A stretch of DNA of 64,000 nt, taken from positions 17,231,840 through 17,295,839 of the forward strand of contig CAVNZM010000001.1 of NCBI GenBank assembly GCA_963693365.1. Direction: 5' to 3'. Below the pieces are notes generated by a model. The model searched no databases and had not been told where the DNA came from. It saw nothing but the letters and a program-made list of their open reading frames with translations. Positions 56,143 to 64,000 of this stretch are shown piece after piece. Source of the stretch: Amoebidium appalachense (Eukaryota; Protista; Ichthyosporea). The stretch's first letter is position 1, and each line of letters starts with the position of its first letter. Made by a program: the position numbers and the translations under genes.

Positions 56143-56529
56143 GTGCGTGCGCGCACACACACGTGCAGCCTTCAAGTTGTGTGCGCGCCAGCATGAAGGC
56201 AGGCAGACAACACGTGCTATGAATGTGAGGCATATGATTGCCATACACGAGCAATTGTGTTGAAGGCACAGATACACAGAACAAACTACTTAAGGTGGTC
56301 CCTGTGAATAATTATGAGCACTCTCCTCCACCCCCGAGTTGTAGACAGACAAGAGACAGGCGGTATGAGATTGGGTGGGTGGTTGGGGATTGAGGAGATA
56401 TGGGCATTTGAAAGAAAATGCAAGAAACATTGTCTTTGAACCATTGAGGTGCGATTGGTTTTTCTTTTCTTTTCTTTTTTTCTCGTTTTCCTTTTTTTTT
56501 TCCTTTTTTCTTTCTTTCCTTCATTTTTT

Positions 56530-56568
<39 letters not shown>

Positions 56569-57879
56569 AGGAGAGAGGGGGGTCCTCCCCCCCCCCCCCC
56601 CCCCCCCCCCTTTCCCTCTTCTTCTTGTTCTTCACCTGCATCATCATCTTCTTCTTCTTCTTCTTCTTCTTCTTCTTCCTTTTTTTTTTGGGGGGGGGGG
56701 GGGGGGGAGGGGGGGGGGGCGGGGAGGGGGGGGGGGGGGAGGGGGGGGGGGGGGGGGGGGGATTATTGATGTGCATTTGTGGTTGTGTCAGTGTTAGTGG
56801 TGGTGTAAGGCATGGGAGTGGTGGGGATGGGGGGAGGAGGGGGGGGGGGGGGGGGGGGGGGGAAGGGAAAACAGCAACCATGTTTCTACGGAGCTCTTTC
56901 CCTTTCCCTTTCATGGGAGGTGCTGGCAACTGGTAATAGGGTTGTACTCCCTCACAGGGTGCTACGCTGTTGCGGCCGGCATATATGACACAATATGGCT
57001 CCTATCCGTACGACAACTCATACACTATTCCCCGGTTTCGACAATCGAAAAAGTCGCACCGCAAAACACACGTGTTCAAAATCTCACCGGAAGGGCGAAC
57101 GTGCAGCCAAAACCCCCGGATTTTTCACCTGTAAATATCCTCCTTGCCTCCCCGTGGCTATCAATATTTGTCGGTCTTGCACTGATAAATGTGGGGGTTT
57201 CCTCCTTTATATACCATGCATGTGTGTGTCTGCTGGGTGGGTTTATCGACGTTGCCTCGATCCCAATGCCATTTGCGGGATTTTTCGTTATCGTAATATT
57301 CTTTCTGCAGCCAACAGTTCCCCTTTGGAAGTCGAAAAACGGACAACGGATCAGGGTTCCCTCGTACGTTTTCTCTTCTCCGGTGTTTTTGGCGATTGCC
57401 ATTACGTATTATTTCTACCGGGAAATCATGGAAAAGTACCAATTTGACTTCCAGGTGTGGAGGATACTGTTCATGACCGTCATGGCTCTTTTTTTCCTCC
57501 TCATCACAGTCTTTCTGGTCACCAGGGCAAGCCGGTACTTCCTTGCCCCCCCCCCCCCCCCACCGCCCCCCCCCCTCCCCCCCCCCCCCCCCCACCGCCT
57601 CTCCCCTGCGCCTCACTACCTTCCCTCCCCCCTCCTCCCCTTGTTGCATCTCGGTACGTAGCTATGGACACGCACCAACACCACAGTGAAGATGCACGTA
57701 CACGCCATCACTTCTTTTGGAATGCTGAAAAAAATGTTAAATGGAAATGCCCCATTACATGCCACTTTGTTACGTTCGGTGAAATGCGCTTTTCACATGG
57801 CTCACGTACTCTCTAGCTTTACTTTTGCTTCTGTCTGCTCCCCCCCCTCCCCCCCCCCCCCCCCCCCACCACCAACAAC

Positions 57880-57969
<90 letters not shown>

Positions 57970-58096
57970 TACACACAAATACACACACACCACCACACTT
58001 CTAAAAAAGAAAAAGAAAAAGAGGAAAAGAGGAAAAGAAAAAAGGTGGAGAAAAAAGGTTCCCCGAGAATCATTAAAGTTTGCTACTGCTGTCTTC

Positions 58097-58130
<34 letters not shown>

Positions 58131-58773
58131 ATCCAACCCCCTTCCCCCCCCCCCCCCCCTCCGGGCCGGCCGCTCCCCCCCCCCTCCCCCCCCCCCCCAA
58201 AAAAAAAAAAAAAAAGAAAAAGAAAAGAAAAGAAAAAAAAGAAAAACAAAACACATGCGCGCACACACGGGTGCCACACAACACACACCACCAACATTAT
58301 ATGAAAACCAAACATCACCAGTTCCCCCCCCTTTACGACCTTTCGACCTACGTTTTACACACACCATCTGCAGTGGCACCTTGCTCATTCCATTTCCTCT
58401 CGGAGCTTAGCTTTTTCATCGGGTCTTCATAGCTGATCACGTCTCCCTTATTCATCGTTAGCCGATTCACTCCTCATGTTGCCATCACCTGCTCCACATG
58501 ACTGACTCCTCCCCCCCCCCCCCCCCCCCCCCCCTCCCCCTCCCCTCCCCCCCCATCCCTCTCCCCCCCCCCCCCCCCCCCCCCCCCCCCGACTCCCAAC
58601 CTCCCCATTTTGGCACACAAGTACGCACCCACATCCACATATACGCCTGCACATCCGCACCTGCTCTGTATTGCACATGCCCATGCATCGCACACATAAA
58701 AACACAAACACCCACCCACAGGTGAGTGCGCGCATATACACACACCTTACCATTCTTCCCCCTTAGCTCTGAA

Positions 58774-58810
<37 letters not shown>

Positions 58811-59390
58811 CCCCTCCCCTTCCGCTCCACTCCCATCTGGCCAAGTAGTGATATTTCAAAAAATAGGGATTTCCTGGGGGAGGGAATTGCGGACCCAATT
58901 AAATAGCTCAGATTTATTGAGAGGAAATTGCGGGCCCAATCAGCTCACAAGACTTAACATAATCCGATTTTCTCCGGCTCCCAATCAATTGATTAAAAGC
59001 CGTGAGCCGGCTCCATTTGATTCGTCTAAGCCAGAGTATGGCAACTTTTTGTTTAAAGCAAGCTGCTATGCCATCATTTTCAAAAGGGGAAACAAAGCAC
59101 TCAACAACACAATTGCTATATTTTTTTCATATAAAACCTTTACCTATATATAATATTTTTAGTACATTTGGCTGATTTTGTGCGAAAAATATATATTATA
59201 ATGGCATTCACAGGTGACGTTTGTGCACGATAAAACTTTGCGCTGAAACCGTTTTGGTTGCCCTTTTCCTGATAGTGGCTTGGGCGGATTGACCAAAATG
59301 GAAAGAGATCGGAATGCACCGTAACCAGGTCCAACCGTTATCACTAATCGGCCCTATGTCTCATCACCCATCCACACAAACACCCGTGCT

Positions 59391-59489
<99 letters not shown>

Positions 59490-59771
59490 CACAGGTACCA
59501 CCACCGCTATCGCGCATTTTGGATAATATCCATTGTGTTGGTCATTGTGGGCATCGGGGTATGGATACCGGAGGAAGTGTTGCGCATCTGTCCGCTGGGT
59601 GTGAAATATGATCCCCTGCACGGGATATTCCATTTTCTCATGGGCATGGGCGCATTTTTCTTCTATTGTTATTGGAGGACATTGGGGTTTAAACGGTGGC
59701 AGGATGCAGTGTTTTTCACGGTATATCTGGTGGATATCTCAGAAAATGATGCGGCTGGTGTGGAAGCATGA
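55300..59771 (+). CDS. Alkaline ceramidase-like CREST-superfamily multi-pass membrane hydrolase, 3 exons
   Basis: Exons 55300-55669, 56958-57534, 59495-59771 join in frame through GT-AG introns. Motifs CEY..REIINSTTN, SxxxH (SSFIYH), downstream Asp (GFIDV) and HxxxH (HGIFH) with several hydrophobic helices. Start could be the upstream ATG at 55219. Confidence 0.8.
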
Positions 59772-60365
59772 CAGGATTTTCAAAGGCTTGATTGCCTGGA
59801 TCTGGGATATGAATGAATCCGTGGAAGTAGTGAAAAATACCCTGTGTTTTCTCTTTTTTTCTTCTTCTTTTTTAGCTTTAAATTCGTCAGTGCAATTATC
59901 CATCACAGTCAGAATATGGGCGACATCATTTGAACATTGAGATATACTGTAGATATACTGTTCCTTTCAAACGTGGGCTATTTAATAGTTGTACATTAGC
60001 CCCTCACGTATTGGTACACCCTCGTTGTCGGCCAAAAGTGTTTCTAGATGGCCGTGGGTAGGGAGGAAACTATGAGACTCCTTATAGTATCGTTGCCGGG
60101 CAGGCAGTGTATCAATAGGCGAATGTATCAATACGACAGTGTATCAATGCGCCAGGGACTACTGTAGATGGAGAAGAGGAATATCAGCCTTCATTGCTCA
60201 CGGGCTTTTAATGACTCTTTCCTGTGAATATCTGGTATGAAAAGTGCACGAAAATATTTCGTTTCATCATCCCGTATATGGTTACTACCTGGCTCGGGAC
60301 CCAGTGTAATCGTCTGACGACGAACCCCAACAAATATTAGAACACTGTTTTGTGTCGACCCCCCC

Positions 60366-60407
<42 letters not shown>

Positions 60408-60475
60408 ACAACAACCACAACCACGTGCACCACCACCACCACCGCGCCTCCTGCCTTCCCTCCAAGCACCTTGCT

Positions 60476-60514
<39 letters not shown>

Positions 60515-61444
60515 AAAAAAAAAAAACGCCCCCTCCCTCCCTCCTCCTCCCCTTCCCCACCCCCTTCCCCCCCTTGCCCCAACAACGCATTCACCCATGC
60601 TTTCCTATAATCAGTATCTTTCCGGATGACTCCCAAAAGACCGTTAATGTTCCGACTTGAGACATTTTTTCAACTGTCTTAACCTAAGGTTTTTTCTCTC
60701 AGATACTCCCTCATCCCCCGTCCCCCCACCCCTCTCCGGGCCTCCTCGTGCTCTACCCCCCCCCTCCCCCCCCCCATTCCCCCGTCCCTCCTCCCCCCCC
60801 CCCCCCGTGGCCGGGAACACCCACCAACCCCCCCCCCCCCCCCCCCCCCCCCCACCCCCACACACACACAATCCAGAGCACACTGGGTTTTTCTCACAAA
60901 TGCAACTATAGACACCCCTCCCACCAGCAATCTGGCCAGGTACCCTCCTCCCTCCCCTCCCTCCCACCCCCCACCCCCCCCCCCCCCGTCCTTGCTCCCT
61001 TTTGAGGACCCACCCTCCCTCCCCAGCACCTCACAGTTGAACCCCCCTTCCTCCCCCCTCCCCCCCCCCCCCCCCCCCCCCCCCACACACACACCCCCCT
61101 TGACACGTACCCACTCACTCGGTTGATATTTTGGTGGAATATTTTGGAGCACTGCCCCTCACTGCCCCTTCTATAGCTATGCATATGTGTGGTGTGCATG
61201 TAAATTCAAATCGATTGTGTATCTATTTTAGGGAGGGGGAGGATCTGGGGAGAGTGTCACAAAGAAATGGGGTGGGATGGGAATAGGGGCTGCATGGAGG
61301 ACCGTCTGAGAGGGTAGTTCCGTGCGGCTGCGGGTAGCCTACCAGCACCGTACAGAGACTAACCAATAGCAAATCTTAAGACTTTGTCAGTTTCACCCGT
61401 GGATGCTGTGTGTGGATGGTGTGGATGGAGGATCCGGAAAAGCA

Positions 61445-61830
61445 AGAAAGCATCAAACAAACGAGGGAATCCAGGAATTATCCAGGAACGTTCCTTGTTT
61501 CATATTCATCCAGGATTATTCCTGACATGAATCAGACAAGATTATTCTTGTACAGGGCATCCAGGATTACATCATTGAGGAGCAGGAATGTTCCATGTGT
61601 ATGAATCATTCAGGAATATGTTGCACAGCACATGACTCATCCCAGAAACACATATTCCTCTTGCATGAATCACTCATGAATTTTCCTTGAATACGAATAA
61701 TCTAGGAATATTCCTTGTCTAATGCGATCACCGAGAAATTCCCCTTGTGTGTTGATACAGAAATATTTTTTATGCATATGAAATCATCCGGAACGAATAT
61801 TCCAGGCATATTCCTTGTTATATGATATCC
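61445..61830. repeat. Degenerate ~27-30 bp minisatellite built on (atcat)ccaggaatattccttg
   Basis: Roughly a dozen decayed copies, for example tccaggaacgttccttg, tccaggattattcctg, ctaggaatattccttg, tccaggcatattccttg. Confidence 0.7.
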
Positions 61831-61980
61831 AGCCTGACTCGTAAGTTACAAACTGGTACCACCCAGGACTTTCCTCTCAGTCGCCAGATTCTATTGTGCT
61901 CGACAAGCACCTGCTCCGGCCTCCCTCCCTGCTTTCCGACCACTAATATAACACCCCACATCACCTATCGTCGGCAGTCC

Positions 61981-62033
<53 letters not shown>

Positions 62034-62163
62034 TGGGGGGCCCTTTATCATGCAACTCTCCCTATTGGGCCACCCACCCCCCGACCCTGGGCCTTGCATG
62101 TGCAATACAGACTGTATGAGTAATTCAAATTTGACGGGGCAATTATATGGCGAAGAGAATGGC

Positions 62164-62246
<83 letters not shown>

Positions 62247-63451
62247 CGGTGTGTGTGCCCTACGGTGTGTGTGTGCGTGTGTGTAACAGTGTGTGTGTGT
62301 GTGTACAAATGTGTGTATGTGTGTACCGGTGTGTGTGCGTGTGCTGTGTGTGTGTGTGTGCGCGCACGCGCGTGTGTGTGTGTGTGTGCGTGTCTGTGGC
62401 GCTATAGTGTTTGTATGTGTGTTCACTAATATAATGCGCAAATGCTGTACAAGTGTATGGATCGTGTGTGGAGTTTGTGTGTTTCTGAGTTGGGCTCATT
62501 ACAAGCTCCTGCACCATGGCCATGACGTGGGCGTGGCCATGGCCATGGCAACATGCCTGGAGTGCTTATGATTTGCAAACCATAGGGAGGCACGCCGTAC
62601 GCGTACGCAGACTGCTATTGAGGATATAAATGTGATACGTTGAGGGCACATGTGTGGTCACGTGGACGCACGTAAGCAAGCACGTGTGATACGTTGGCGA
62701 GCCGGGCCCGGTCCTGGCCCGGCCCGCCGTTCAGTCGCCCCGCCATTAGCCGCCAGCCCCCCGCTTTTTCGATCCAGTCCTACCATATATGGTGGACCTT
62801 GCGCCCTTATATGGGTGAGCCCGATCTTGAGATCCAATCAAATAGATTCAGAAAAAGGTACCTTTTTCGGATGCGAATCAGAAAAATGATCCAGAAACGG
62901 TTTGGGCCAACATCTTGCGTCCCCAGTAACCCGTGGGCCGCGAACTACTTTTACTGGCATTTGACCCAGAAGCCGTAGCACTAGTCCAACGGTTAACTTC
63001 CTCATGCCTTATTAGGCGACATCAAAACACACAATAACCAGAAACACACTAACAACAGCGACAATAATGTACAGGGGATACATAGATGATATAACTTAAA
63101 ATAAACTTCCATAAATTATTGATTGTATTAAGTAACTTTTCACTGACAATGACGATTGCTCCTATGAAAACCACAGAATGGCCGACGACAACCAAGCACC
63201 CATGGCAGCTGCAGCCACTGGCTGCGATTTATTTGGCAGTTGATGCAATCCGTGATTCACCGGCGCCATGTGGATTACAACATCGACACACAGGCCGGCC
63301 GTTTTTACACGGCTGGCAACAGAAAAAATGTTGTGTTTCCGGTGCGCCAGCAGCAACGTTGGTCTGTTAAGACCAACGCCTTGCCTGGCCAATTCGCCCC
63401 AGCGGTGTACCAAGTGCCTCAATTATTCTTCCCCCCCCTGGTGCTCTACAG

Positions 63452-63508
63452 GCCGTGAGTTTTGACAGCGCAATGGGTGAGCCCATCGCCACATACATGA
63501 TGACAGTG
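63452..63508 (+). CDS. Candidate isolated exon of an unidentified gene (AVSFDSAMGEPIATYMMTV)
   Basis: tacag| acceptor and |gtacgt donor followed by poly-C, as in the confirmed genes of this window; 57 nt open in phase 0. No recognisable homology. Confidence 0.35.
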
Positions 63509-63529
63509 GTACGTTTACTAATAACCCAC

Positions 63530-63562
<33 letters not shown>

Positions 63563-63591
63563 CACACACACACTACCGTTTCCGCGCCCCC

Positions 63592-63636
<45 letters not shown>

Positions 63637-63963
63637 CACACTACCGTTTCCGCGCCTCCCCCCCCCCCCCTCCCCCTCCCCCCCTTTCCCTTCCTCTTTA
63701 CCCCCCCCCCCCCCCCCCCCCTCCCGCGCCCGGAATAGAAGGGGGTGTGGGGAAGATATAGTTGGGACCATTGGAGAATGGTAAATGCGGTGGGGATTTA
63801 AAAAAGGTTACGGATAGTGTGTGTGCGTGTGCGCGCGCGCGCGCGCGCGTGCGCGCGTGTGTGTGTGTGTCTGTGTGTGTGGGTGTGTGTGTGTGGGTGT
63901 GTGTCTGTGTGTATGTAAGAGAGAGAGTGTGTGTTAGTTTGGTTAAAGTGTGTGTCTGTGTGG

Positions 63964-63994
<31 letters not shown>

Positions 63995-64000
63995 AGTGAA

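Noticed and set aside
58860-59330. AT-rich intronic block with short repeats (ggaattgcggacccaat / ggaaattgcgggcccaat)
   Set aside because: Possibly a transposon relic, but no boundaries, TIRs or TSD could be defined.
60107-60166. Three copies of tgtatcaat ending near tactgta (possible Tc1/mariner-type end)
   Set aside because: No matching opposite terminus or TSD found; too little evidence.

Overview
Intron-rich eukaryotic (probably protist) genomic DNA whose introns are packed with poly-C/poly-G runs and (CA)n/(GT)n repeats; almost all ORFs in the supplied track are low-complexity artefacts. By following splice sites and reading frame I reconstructed four spliced genes: a copper-type P1B-ATPase (minus strand, 24616 to beyond the left edge, 18 exons visible), a divergently transcribed AP-4 epsilon adaptin (26917 to ~45087), a mitochondrial/glyoxysomal-type malate dehydrogenase with no N-terminal presequence (50669-52232) and a CREST-family alkaline-ceramidase-like membrane protein (55300-59771). 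The two introns flanking the ATPase CPC exon hold nested mobile DNA: a non-coding LTR retroelement (9423-13704, with PBS, PPT and 6-bp TSD) carrying a CAC..GTG MITE in one LTR, and 12.8 apparently identical head-to-tail copies of a 453-bp non-coding unit (3241-9026). The array is the best candidate for a new system. By eye the unit folds back on itself as a closed rod/branched circle. The array and two dispersed truncated copies all begin at the same point next to a genomic poly-G run, exactly where the unit has its own G7. The far end joins through a locally templated inverted patch. This fits rolling-circle reverse transcription of a viroid/retrozyme-like circular RNA that targets G homopolymers, but I found no canonical ribozyme core, and this mechanism is inference.
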